A stretch of 64,000 nt of DNA from an uncultured virus (IMG/VR IMGVR_UViG_3300029286_001003) (lineage: Duplodnaviria; Heunggongvirae; Uroviricota; Caudoviricetes): IMG/VR virus record IMGVR_UViG_3300029286_001003. One strand, 5' to 3'. Shown in pieces: positions 43,554 through 53,115 of the stretch. A program made the translations under genes and the position numbers. Each line of letters starts with the position of its first letter. Within the stretch, counting starts at the first letter, position 1. The notes below the pieces were generated by a model, which saw only the letters and a program-made list of their open reading frames with translations, was not told the DNA's origin and did no database searches.

Positions 43554-45287
43554 TTATAATCTATTTTCAATTTCGTCTGACAAATCTAATTTATCAATGG
43601 TTCCATTCCAACCATAGTAAGGTGTATCAACATCTATTAATTTATCACCATCTTCATAATATTCCAATACATCATTTATTAAACCTAATACAGTAGTTTC
43701 ACCATCACTTTCTGGTAATTGACTTAAATCTGATATTAAACCCAAATCCACTTTAATTAACATACCATTATGTTCTTTATCCCATACAACGTGATTTTCA
43801 TTATCAGTTAAAGCGTATCCTATTGTACTTTCGATTGCCTTAACAATCGATGTGTATGCTTCACCCCTATCAGCGGATTCCTGAACAGACGTAATAGACC
43901 AACCTAAACTATCTCTTATGTCATCCAATTCACCACTTTCTATTTCATAATCATTAGATCCATCATCTAATATGTCACCCAATGATATTTCATCCTCACC
44001 AAATTTTATTTTTATATCTTTTTCAGATATAATGGTATTATTTTCATCGAATACAAAATCTTCATCATCTATATTTATTGTTAATCCTATTACTTTTTCT
44101 TTAATAGCTTTATATGCACCCTGTGATAAAGAGCCCCAATAATACGAATAATCAAACTCTTGTTTATCATAATTACCCCACCAATCATCATCACCAGATA
44201 AAATATCTGTTTGCCAACCATCTTTTTTATCTCTATCCTTTTTATAAGATGTTATATTACTCCAAGATCCCAATACAAAATAAATTTCACCATCTTTAAA
44301 TATTAAATCCTTATATGGATTATTTTCTATTAATTTTTCTTTTGTAATTAATTTTTCTCTATATAAGAAATATTTCAACCCAAAATTATTATTGAATATT
44401 TCTGGATTTTTACTATAAATATATTTTATTTCATCTTTATCCAAATCATTCATATTAAAATCATCATCAGGATTGTATTCGAAATTGAAACCTTTAATAT
44501 GATAATTATTATTTCCAATTGCTGTTGGATTATTTATTATTTTCACATTTGGATTAACGTTTGGATAACATAATAATTCAATTATATATTTGTGGAATTT
44601 ATTAACTGGTTTTGTGTTATTTTTCCCTTTCGCCTGTAAGATATATCCTTGATAATTATATGCTATGGTGATGTGTGGTTCTTGATTTTTTCTCAATGAT
44701 AATAAAGTATCACCATTGGTAGATCCACAATGACCCATTGCGTTTCCTTCATCTCTACAATTATTTGTTTCTAAATCTATCCAATAATAACCATCATCAA
44801 AATTCATAAAAACAACACCATCTTCATTTGCTATTGCACCAGATGCTGATAAACTATCGTGCCATTTTACTGACTTTTTATATGCTTCATCTAAACTTAA
44901 TTTATATAAATCTTCATTTTCAGTTCTCAATGGTGATCTAAACCAATCTAAAATTGTGTTATATTTGTTCAAATATTCTCTTCCTTGTGTGTATATCCTT
45001 ACACTATTTTTTATTGCAGAATACGAATTTGGTTTTGGATTTTCACCTTTTAAAAATTTATGAAGAGTTTCTTCTGGTTTGGTGTTATCTGACATTACTG
45101 GCAAATTTTTATATTCTTCTATTAACAAATCCTTTACAATATTAGCAAACCAAACAGAAAATTTCGGTGAAAAATTTATAGCCCAATTATAAATTTCAGG
45201 AACATTTGCAAATTTTTTAATTTTCTTAATTTGATTATCCTCGAATTTTTCGAGAAGTAATAAATACTGTTTGAATTTTGTTATCAT
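43554..45287 (-). CDS. PcfJ-like domain protein with capsid-targeting-like tag
   Basis: Starts MITKFKQYLLLLE; EGNAMGHCG...LLSLR...PHITI...Q.KG.NN..P. Confidence 0.6.
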   Translation of the reverse strand: MITKFKQYLLLLEKFEDNQIKKIKKFANVPEIYNWAINFSPKFSVWFANIVKDLLIEEYKNLPVMSDNTKPEETLHKFLKGENPKPNSYSAIKNSVRIYTQGREYLNKYNTILDWFRSPLRTENEDLYKLSLDEAYKKSVKWHDSLSASGAIANEDGVVFMNFDDGYYWIDLETNNCRDEGNAMGHCGSTNGDTLLSLRKNQEPHITIAYNYQGYILQAKGKNNTKPVNKFHKYIIELLCYPNVNPNVKIINNPTAIGNNNYHIKGFNFEYNPDDDFNMNDLDKDEIKYIYSKNPEIFNNNFGLKYFLYREKLITKEKLIENNPYKDLIFKDGEIYFVLGSWSNITSYKKDRDKKDGWQTDILSGDDDWWGNYDKQEFDYSYYWGSLSQGAYKAIKEKVIGLTINIDDEDFVFDENNTIISEKDIKIKFGEDEISLGDILDDGSNDYEIESGELDDIRDSLGWSITSVQESADRGEAYTSIVKAIESTIGYALTDNENHVVWDKEHNGMLIKVDLGLISDLSQLPESDGETTVLGLINDVLEYYEDGDKLIDVDTPYYGWNGTIDKLDLSDEIENRL

Positions 45288-45853
45288 ATATTTGTTTCAT
45301 ATTTGAATTTAAGTATCATATATTCAGTTGCTAAATCATAACATTTGATTTCATCCAAATCACCCAAACTCACTTTAATAGTTTTTTGTAAATCTGGATT
45401 TTTCAATGTTGTTTGTTTATAATCGTTATATGATAGATTAAGTAAACAGAAATGATATTGTCCGGAGTTTGTTTCGTGTTTAAAAACGATTTTATCAACT
45501 TCGATACTCGCGTTTACACTTAATACTAAACCAGTTGATTCATATATTATTCGTCTTACATTTTGAACATCATTATCATCTTCATTTATTTTTCCTTTGA
45601 TACATGATATAAAAAACTGTTCATTTTTATAAGTTGAATTATCTTTATATCTATAACTGAAAGCTGGTGCTTTTTGATAATTCATTAAGATAAATCCATC
45701 GTCTTTTAAGTATGGTAAGATAACCATAGTATCTTTACTTGAAATTATATCATTTTCATTATATGTTAATACCGAAAATTCATCATTTGCATATTTAGAT
45801 GGGTCTTTCTTTTCTGGTGCTTTTTCTTTTTCTATTTTTGAGAATTTATCCAT
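45284..45853 (-). CDS. Degenerate Nudix-fold protein
   Basis: VILPY; G-x5-D-x7-RIIYESTGL lacks most Nudix-box glutamates. Confidence 0.5.
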   Translation of the reverse strand: MDKFSKIEKEKAPEKKDPSKYANDEFSVLTYNENDIISSKDTMVILPYLKDDGFILMNYQKAPAFSYRYKDNSTYKNEQFFISCIKGKINEDDNDVQNVRRIIYESTGLVLSVNASIEVDKIVFKHETNSGQYHFCLLNLSYNDYKQTTLKNPDLQKTIKVSLGDLDEIKCYDLATEYMILKFKYETNI

Positions 45854-45915
45854 TTTATTCCAAGTATTTTTCTTTATATATTAATTTTTAATGTTAAAAA
45901 AGAATATATAGAAAC

Positions 45916-46779
45916 ATGAAATGGTATCATGGAAGTCGTAAAGAATTTGATAGTTTTAAAATTAAAAAAGGAACATTTTTGGATTCCAATTATGAAAATC
46001 CAATATTTTTATCTAGTGATTATAATTTTGCTAAAAATTATTATTATTCAAATATTGTTTACACAGTAGAAGTATTGACAGATAAAATATTTGATTTTAG
46101 AAAATTACCAACAGATTTAGAATTATATATTTACGAAACAAAAGGAAAAATGAAAAATGAATTGGATGATTATGATTTGGGATTAAAATTGAGAAATGAT
46201 ATGGAAGATATACCAGAATTAAATGATACTGATATATCAGGGGAATATAATTATATAGTTGGTGGTGATTATTCAAATATCGAACATGTGTGGTTTTACG
46301 AATGGTTAAAACAAAATAATTTTGATGGCGGGTATGTAATGGAAACAAGGGTATTGAATTTATTTATATTTGATCCGAAACATTTAAAAATTGTTGATAA
46401 GAATTCAAAAAATGAAAAAAAAGAAATAATATATAGAAATATGAAACACATAAAAACATTTGAAAATTTTCAAAAATTCATTACCGGACATGATTCTGCT
46501 GGTGACAAAGAAAAAGCTATATCAAAAATAGAAAATGATATTAATTCGGCTATTATTAAAATGAAAGAAAAACCGAAAGAATTTGCTAAAATAGACACTG
46601 ATGAACTTAGAAGTAAATTACTTCAAAAGGCGAAAGAAAATAATTGGAAAGGTGATATTAAAATTATCCCCGCACCAAATAATAACCTAAATTACATTAT
46701 TTATGTTGATGGATTAACAGATTTACAAGATGTTGGTTCTTCATTGGCAACCGGAACTAGATTATTGGGTAATTTCTAA
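45916..46779 (+). CDS. ART-PolyVal-like ADP-ribosyltransferase fold, in frame with a second tagged protein starting at 46441
   Basis: WYHGS...F.SF...IFLS....AKNY...FDG...IFDP..LKI; internal TAATATATA then MKHIKTFENF. Confidence 0.6.
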   Translation: MKWYHGSRKEFDSFKIKKGTFLDSNYENPIFLSSDYNFAKNYYYSNIVYTVEVLTDKIFDFRKLPTDLELYIYETKGKMKNELDDYDLGLKLRNDMEDIPELNDTDISGEYNYIVGGDYSNIEHVWFYEWLKQNNFDGGYVMETRVLNLFIFDPKHLKIVDKNSKNEKKEIIYRNMKHIKTFENFQKFITGHDSAGDKEKAISKIENDINSAIIKMKEKPKEFAKIDTDELRSKLLQKAKENNWKGDIKIIPAPNNNLNYIIYVDGLTDLQDVGSSLATGTRLLGNF

Positions 46780-47808
46780 CAAAGAATAATCAATAATAAT
46801 ATTTACTTTAAATAATAAATTTCCTCTTTTTAAAGAATCATCTATTATTAAACCTTTATCATCAATTTTCAACATATCACCATCTTTGGTTTTTTCTGGT
46901 ATTTTTATTTTATATTTCTTACCATCTAAATGTTCATAATCGAAATCAAAACCATCAATTGCGTGTTGATAATGTATATCAATTTTATAAATTAAATCTT
47001 TATTAACGATTTGATAATTATTATCATGATTATAAACTATTTCAATTGTCAAATTCCCTATTTTATTCCTATAATGTTTGGATTGATGTCCAAAACTTTT
47101 TAAATATTTATTAAAACTACCATTGATACTATGAGAATTCGATAAAAAAAACTCCTCTTCTTTTCTAATAACTTTATTACCATTACATTTAGAACAAGTT
47201 CCGGTATGAATAATTCCAGTTCCTCTACAATATTCACACGTTCTACCTTTATAATGTCCTTTTCCATCACAAGTTTCACATTCAAAAGATGTACCGTGTA
47301 AATCGAAACCAGTCCAATCACACTCATCACATTTAATATTTCTATTAAATTTTATTTTAAGTTGTTCATTATTATAAACATCCCTTAAAGAAACATTCAA
47401 AAGGTATCCAAGATCAAGATTTTCATGAAATTCTTCTCTATGAAAAAAATTACCATTTATGTTACTTATAAAGTCACCCCAAGTACCAGATTGTTGTTGA
47501 AATTGTATTCCACCAAATGGACCTCCCGGTGCAAATGGACCGAAACCACCAAGAAAAGAAAACGGATCAGACATGGGGTTGAAACTATTACCAAATTTAC
47601 TTTGTGTATCATATTGTTTTCTAGAAACATCTGTTCCTAAAACTTCATATGCCTCATTTATCGATTTGAATACTGTATCATCCTTATTTTCTTTTTTGTC
47701 TGGATGGTGGGTTTTTGCTAAATTGCGATATGTTGATTTTATTGTATCTGATGTACAATTTTTATCTGATATTCCTAATATTTTATAATAATCTTTATTT
47801 AAATCCAT
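46762..47808 (-). CDS. dnaJ: DnaJ chaperone
   Basis: DYYKILG, HPD, G/F-rich region, four CxxCxGxG-type motifs, C-terminal domain. Confidence 0.92.
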   Translation of the reverse strand: MDLNKDYYKILGISDKNCTSDTIKSTYRNLAKTHHPDKKENKDDTVFKSINEAYEVLGTDVSRKQYDTQSKFGNSFNPMSDPFSFLGGFGPFAPGGPFGGIQFQQQSGTWGDFISNINGNFFHREEFHENLDLGYLLNVSLRDVYNNEQLKIKFNRNIKCDECDWTGFDLHGTSFECETCDGKGHYKGRTCEYCRGTGIIHTGTCSKCNGNKVIRKEEEFFLSNSHSINGSFNKYLKSFGHQSKHYRNKIGNLTIEIVYNHDNNYQIVNKDLIYKIDIHYQHAIDGFDFDYEHLDGKKYKIKIPEKTKDGDMLKIDDKGLIIDDSLKRGNLLFKVNIIIDYSLLEITQ

Positions 47809-47922
47809 TTAATTATTGATGTTTTTTAATATATAAGAAATATGAAAACCACATTTCTTTTCATATGGTATATTTGTTTATTCTTAACCTTTATTGTTTT
47901 ATATTCTATTTTCTATATATTT

Positions 47923-48186
47923 CTATTGATTGGTTACATCATTCATTATTTTAGAAAAAGATGTTTTATATATTACAAGAAAACGAAGAAATAGATATTT
48001 ATTTTTTTCAAATAAATAAATTGAGAACCAAATAAAAGGGAAAAATAAAAGTCTAAATAATACCAATAAAATATTATTTAATAAATTTGGAATCCACCAA
48101 AGAATTTTACCTATTGGTTTAAATTCATCTAGTGATAAATCCCAATCTTTTATAATATAGATTAAAGTATATAATGTATATTTCAT
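47923..48186 (-). CDS. Small membrane protein
   Basis: Hydrophobic ORF. Confidence 0.5.
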   Translation of the reverse strand: MKYTLYTLIYIIKDWDLSLDEFKPIGKILWWIPNLLNNILLVLFRLLFFPFIWFSIYLFEKNKYLFLRFLVIYKTSFSKIMNDVTNQ

Positions 48187-48232
48187 ATTTTTTTTATATA
48201 TTATAAAAGAATATGGATTAAAAGTTTAAGAA

Positions 48233-48703
48233 TTATGAGCCCAAAAGCTGTTGTAAATATCTATATTTATTGTTATCATAGTTTTCTTTCGTTAAAAAAA
48301 GTATGTATAGTACATTGGTATTTAAATTAACTAATAACCATCTATATACAAAAGTATTACCTTTTGATTCTTTCCAAATTATTTCTGTATTTTTTTCAAA
48401 AACTTTTAAATATTTATCACTATAATTTTGAACATAAAGATTAAACAATTCAGGATCATATTTTTGTGTCACGATATAAAAAAAACAAATATCATCACTG
48501 GTAAAACTATACCAATTGGTACTTTCTTTAAAAATGACTTTTACCGAATAACCAATATCACTTATTTTTTCTGGTTTACCAATTTCAATAGCATCTTTTT
48601 TAAATTGTTTAAACATTTCTTTTTTCTTTTCACCAATAAAAGATTGACTGAAACTCACAATACATAATAAAATACCAACCCACGACAATAATAATTTTTT
48701 CAT
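48233..48703 (-). CDS. Secreted/periplasmic hypothetical protein
   Basis: Signal peptide ...CIVSFS|Q. Confidence 0.6.
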   Translation of the reverse strand: MKKLLLSWVGILLCIVSFSQSFIGEKKKEMFKQFKKDAIEIGKPEKISDIGYSVKVIFKESTNWYSFTSDDICFFYIVTQKYDPELFNLYVQNYSDKYLKVFEKNTEIIWKESKGNTFVYRWLLVNLNTNVLYILFLTKENYDNNKYRYLQQLLGS

Positions 48704-48795
48704 GTTTTTATTTTTAGTGTTTATAAAGATAAAAATATTTTTTGATTAAAAAAAATTAAATATATAAGGAAATAGGTAAATATATAAATACTTTC

Positions 48796-49140
48796 ATGGA
48801 AAGATCAATATACAAAGAAATCGAATTTGTTTGTCATAATTCAGATAGTAATACATCAAGTGATATTATATCACAAAGAAATTTATATGATGATTTAAAA
48901 AAACTTCAAATTGAAAGTGAATATAAAATACATCCATATATACAGGATTTTTCGGATGGTAAACATAAAGAATTATCATTATCTGTTATTATTTTAGATA
49001 AACAGAATGAAAAATATTGGGAAAGAAGAATAATTGATTTGTCTAAAAAACATAATATAAAATTCGACTTATATAATGATAGAACAGAATATGTTGTCAA
49101 TTCTATAATCAGGGGTGAATATTATGATAATTTTATTTAA
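48796..49140 (+). CDS. Hypothetical late protein
   Basis: ORF with AATATATA upstream. Confidence 0.55.
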   Translation: MERSIYKEIEFVCHNSDSNTSSDIISQRNLYDDLKKLQIESEYKIHPYIQDFSDGKHKELSLSVIILDKQNEKYWERRIIDLSKKHNIKFDLYNDRTEYVVNSIIRGEYYDNFI

Positions 49141-49143
49141 CCA

Positions 49144-49175
49144 TTTTTTTATTTCGCTGAAACTTCATATCTTTG
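49144..49175 (+). promoter_or_regulatory. Host-type early promoter
   Basis: TTTTTTTATT-N14-TATCTTTG before a 59-aa ORF (~49195..49372). Confidence 0.7.
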
Positions 49176-49373
49176 TATTCTAATTGAAACCAGATGGAAT
49201 TTGAAATCGGACAAAAAGTAAAATGGTATATTGGTAAAATATATCTTTGTGGACTTTATTTAGACAAAATAGATGAATTATATTCCGAAATTAAATGTTA
49301 TGAAAGAAGTGGTGAAAGATATGTTCAAACTGTTAATGTGTTAACTGAATTACTTGAACTTATTCCGGAATAA

Positions 49374-49703
49374 TTAAAAATCATCTTCATCTTCAACAAA
49401 AACTGGTGTTTGTGGTCCAACATAAGCATCTACAATATTAAAATCGAAATATTCTCTAGCTTTTCCATAAGAGGTCATACCATCTGGTTCTGGATCATCT
49501 TCCATTGATCTTTCTAGAATTTCTAATATTTTTTTAACCGAATATACAACCCTTTCGGTTGATTTTAGTTTATCATTATCTTGTGGTTTATACCAACGAT
49601 TATCGTCTACACCTAATATCGCCTCATCAAATTCAACTTCCTCTAAAAATAGAAGGTTACTATCTGGATATTTATATTGAACATTTTTCCTTGTCATACA
49701 CAT
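49374..49703 (-). CDS. Conserved phage hypothetical protein
   Basis: FDEAILG...VVYS...A.EYFDFNI..AY.G..TP.F. Confidence 0.65.
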   Translation of the reverse strand: MCMTRKNVQYKYPDSNLLFLEEVEFDEAILGVDDNRWYKPQDNDKLKSTERVVYSVKKILEILERSMEDDPEPDGMTSYGKAREYFDFNIVDAYVGPQTPVFVEDEDDF

Positions 49704-49747
49704 ATGATTATTTTTACTGAATATAGAAATAAAGAGTTAAAAAGTTT

Positions 49748-50170
49748 TTAATCTGTTGACATTTCCCCCCTTTCGGTTGGATTATCTTCTTTTTTTCCAT
49801 AATTAACAGCAATTTCTTTTTTACCCCTATCTATTATCTTTTTAGCTTTTTGATTGTCGGATAATTTTGGATCATCTACAATTTCTTTGATTTTAACCTT
49901 TTTTTTATTTCCTATACTATTACCAGCTAAATGATAATCAGATATTTGTTCAGCATCAGATGTGTTTATTTCTTTATCTGGATTTTTTTTTTGAATATCT
50001 TTTTGTATTTGAGATTGCATTTTCCCTTGAATATTTTGAAATTGTATGTCCTTTTTTAGATCATTAATATCTTTTCTATCAACCTGTGATACATCAATAG
50101 ATTTCGTTATTATTGATCTATCATTATTAGTATAATCTGCAAATTCTAAAAGGTATTTAAATTTTTTCAT
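49748..50170 (-). CDS. Hypothetical late protein with tag-like N-terminus
   Basis: MKKFKYLLE; TTTATATATA upstream. Confidence 0.55.
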   Translation of the reverse strand: MKKFKYLLEFADYTNNDRSIITKSIDVSQVDRKDINDLKKDIQFQNIQGKMQSQIQKDIQKKNPDKEINTSDAEQISDYHLAGNSIGNKKKVKIKEIVDDPKLSDNQKAKKIIDRGKKEIAVNYGKKEDNPTERGEMSTD

Positions 50171-50274
50171 TGAAAATGTGTTTTTTTTGTATATATAAAT
50201 TTTTTTACATCAACTATTTGTTGTAATTTTGTAATCTAATTTTAATATATAAGGGAAAATAATTTCCTTATTAT

Positions 50275-50703
50275 ATGTATATTAAAAATTTCACCCAATA
50301 TAACGAAAGTATGGATATTGATGATGATGAATTAACCGAATATCAGATTAATGATATAAGAAACAAAAGATTGAAAAAAATCATTAATTTGAAATGGTGT
50401 AAGAAACAAATCAATAAAATTCTTTATGAGATAAGTAAGAAGAAATACGATTCAATTCCATTGGATGATATTTTTGATGCAGTTAAAAAATATGGATTGG
50501 TTCCTCTTCAAGAAGATGATACGAGATGGGGTGGAATTCTTTGTGGTGAAAATGAACAAATTTTTATTACTGTTGGATGGAAATCGTCTGAAACCGAAAA
50601 AAATGGTTGTAAATTTTATGAACCAATTAAAACAACTGTTTTAAATATTAGTTGGTATAAATTTACAACAGGTAAATATGAAATTACCACTTACTTGAGT
50701 TGA
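50275..50703 (+). CDS. Hypothetical late protein with tag-like N-terminus
   Basis: MYIKNFTQYNE; TTAATATATA at 50242. Confidence 0.6.
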   Translation: MYIKNFTQYNESMDIDDDELTEYQINDIRNKRLKKIINLKWCKKQINKILYEISKKKYDSIPLDDIFDAVKKYGLVPLQEDDTRWGGILCGENEQIFITVGWKSSETEKNGCKFYEPIKTTVLNISWYKFTTGKYEITTYLS

Positions 50704-50712
50704 AAAAAACTT

Positions 50713-51646
50713 TTAGATGTTATCTAAAAGTTTATTTTTCCCTTTATTGAAAATTTTTGGCTGATATTTCCTCAAACCATCTCTATATACTGATGTAAAG
50801 AAAGAACATAAATTTTCTTTCAACCAATCATTAAATTTCATTTTATTTATTATGTTTATTTTATCATGAAGTAAAAGAGTCATGAAATAATGATAATTTG
50901 TTGTATTATTATTTAGTGATTTTATTTTAATAAAAAAATCATCAACGATTGAATTTATTTTAGAAATTATCATTTTATTTTCCATATGGATTTTAGTTAT
51001 TTCATCCATAATGTTTAATCCGGATTTATATTTTTTAAATCTGGGATCAAACCCACTAGTTGATTTCTTTTTACCCGACATAATCAAATTTTATAATCAT
51101 TCAATCTATTTAGGATTTCCATTTTTTTATCTGGAAATATTTTAATAAAAACCTCCACTGGTGAAAATCTATTGTGTCCTCTTAAATTCGAATCTTTTTT
51201 CAATTTAGATATATCAGTTCCGGTTTTAATAATTTCATCTGATGTTATGATACATGGAACACATCTTAAATCCAATTTTACAACTCTTTTTGTGTATCCA
51301 ATCGAAACTAAATCATCATAAATGTTTGAATTTTCGTTTAATTTTTCTTTTGATTCTTTACTACTGTAATAATATAACCACTGTATTTCAATATCAATTA
51401 ATTTGTTTAATTCTTCTAATGTCATTCTTTTAAATTTTCTATAATTTCTTTTAGTTTTTTTGTATCATCAGATTTTGTAAATCTATAAATTAATTTGGCA
51501 TATTGTAATGGTGAAGTAAGATAAAAAATACTTCTTTCATCTGTTATTTCGTATTTTTTATATTCTTCGGTTGTTTGTAACCACATACATATGGAAACCA
51601 AACATGACTTTTCATTTATATCCATGATTTTATTTTTTATCTTCAA
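50713..51646 (-). CDS. Three hypothetical genes (50713..51087, 51084..51425, 51422..51646)
   Basis: Coupled ORFs downstream of the Nudix gene. Confidence 0.5.
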
Positions 51647-52220
51647 ATATAATTTTCTTTATTTTCCTTTTAATAACTTCCCACATGTTTATAGTTCGTA
51701 AAAGATTGATTTTTGGTAATGTAACTAACAAACCCACCAATGTTTTTCCATCTTCAATACCAAGATTTTTTATTTGTTTTTTACTAACTTTTATAATTTC
51801 AATATCTTCATTTTCAATTTCTAAACCACCACCTTTGGATATTTGTTCTGAAACAATAACACAAAACAAATGCATTTTTTCATTCGTCTTTCCCGGTGTT
51901 GTATAAAATGGGTTACAAATTTCTACAATAGAATCAACCTTATAACCAATTTCTTCTTCAACTTCCTTGATCATTGTTTCTTTGGGTGTGAACCCACTAT
52001 CGATCAATCCAGCAACCAGTTCAATGACATCCTTTTGTGGTCCGGGTCGAAATTGTTTAACGAAAACATAAAGATGTTTTTTACGATCATATACAACACC
52101 AGCTACAGCGTCTTTTGATTGTAACCAATCCCTAGTATATTCGTTACCTTTGTTTTTAAGGTAAAGACGGTTAACTTCGAAATAACCTTTGTATAAATTC
52201 TTAGTACTTACTATTTCCAT
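51630..52220 (-). CDS. Nudix hydrolase, ADP-ribose pyrophosphatase-like (NudF/NudK type)
   Basis: KQFRP, ELVAGLIDSGFTPKETMIKEVEEEIG Nudix box, TPG, GGGL..E.EDI, DGKT. Confidence 0.85.
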   Translation of the reverse strand: MEIVSTKNLYKGYFEVNRLYLKNKGNEYTRDWLQSKDAVAGVVYDRKKHLYVFVKQFRPGPQKDVIELVAGLIDSGFTPKETMIKEVEEEIGYKVDSIVEICNPFYTTPGKTNEKMHLFCVIVSEQISKGGGLEIENEDIEIIKVSKKQIKNLGIEDGKTLVGLLVTLPKINLLRTINMWEVIKRKIKKIIFEDKK

Positions 52221-52268
52221 TTTATTTCAATTTACACAAATATAACGTATTATTTGGAAATAAAAAAA

Positions 52269-52697
52269 TCATTTAATAAGTATTGTAATATCTTCATTCA
52301 TTAATTCTTCATCTATTATCTTTTTAATAATATTCCAATCACCACCAGCCAATCCAGCTCCGATTTTTGGCATTCCAAATTTTTTTCCGGAAAATTGTTT
52401 TTTAATCATTTTCATACAACTTCTTATGGCATTATAATCAACATTATGTTTCCCCTTCCATTGAAACTGTGTATATGCATTTATTATAATTGGTTTGGTG
52501 TTTGTGGTATAAGTTATTTTCCCTAATTTTTCTTCTGGTGACAATTTTGAATTCCTATCTACCATAAAAGCCAATGGATATTTTTCTTTAATAATTTTAG
52601 CAACACCGGCACCCATTGTGGAAAAACAATTACAACCATGAACAATAACATCAAATTGTTCTGGTTTTTCAAATAAATCACCCAATATTTCTTTCAT
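52269..52697 (-). CDS. Macrodomain (ADP-ribose hydrolase/binding) protein
   Basis: GDLF, IVHGCNC...MGAGVA, NAYTQ, PKIGAGLAGGDW. Confidence 0.9.
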   Translation of the reverse strand: MKEILGDLFEKPEQFDVIVHGCNCFSTMGAGVAKIIKEKYPLAFMVDRNSKLSPEEKLGKITYTTNTKPIIINAYTQFQWKGKHNVDYNAIRSCMKMIKKQFSGKKFGMPKIGAGLAGGDWNIIKKIIDEELMNEDITILIK

Positions 52698-52735
52698 TTT
52701 ATTTATATAACTTTTAATTCTTTTAGTTTATCTTT

Positions 52736-53067
52736 TTACCAATCAGAATCAGTATTAAATTTCTTTCTTCTCACCCAATGAAATTTAATATTAGGGTATC
52801 TATTTTTTAACCATTCCATATCACCCTTTACATATTCTGAACTTATGTGAACTTTGGTAATGTATTATCTTGATCCCCCATGTATTCTATATCCCATAAG
52901 TTCGGATTCCAAGTGAATGATATATTTTCATATCCTCGACCATAATTAGTTTTCACACCAGACCTCAAAGCATCATCTGATAATATATCACTCAAAGAAT
53001 CTAAACTTTCTGTGAAATGGTAAATAATTTTACCTTTGGTAAATTCCTCAAATAACTTTAATCTCAT
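52736..53067 (-). pseudogene. DarT-like ART paralog with internal deletion
   Basis: MRLKLFEEF...IYHFT...ISFTW, then in another frame YITKVHI...W* matching the paralog C-termini; the E-x-EE segment is absent. Confidence 0.6.
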
Positions 53068-53115
53068 ATTCAAGGATTCTAAATGTTTCATATTTAAATA
53101 TTGTTTTTTGGTAAT

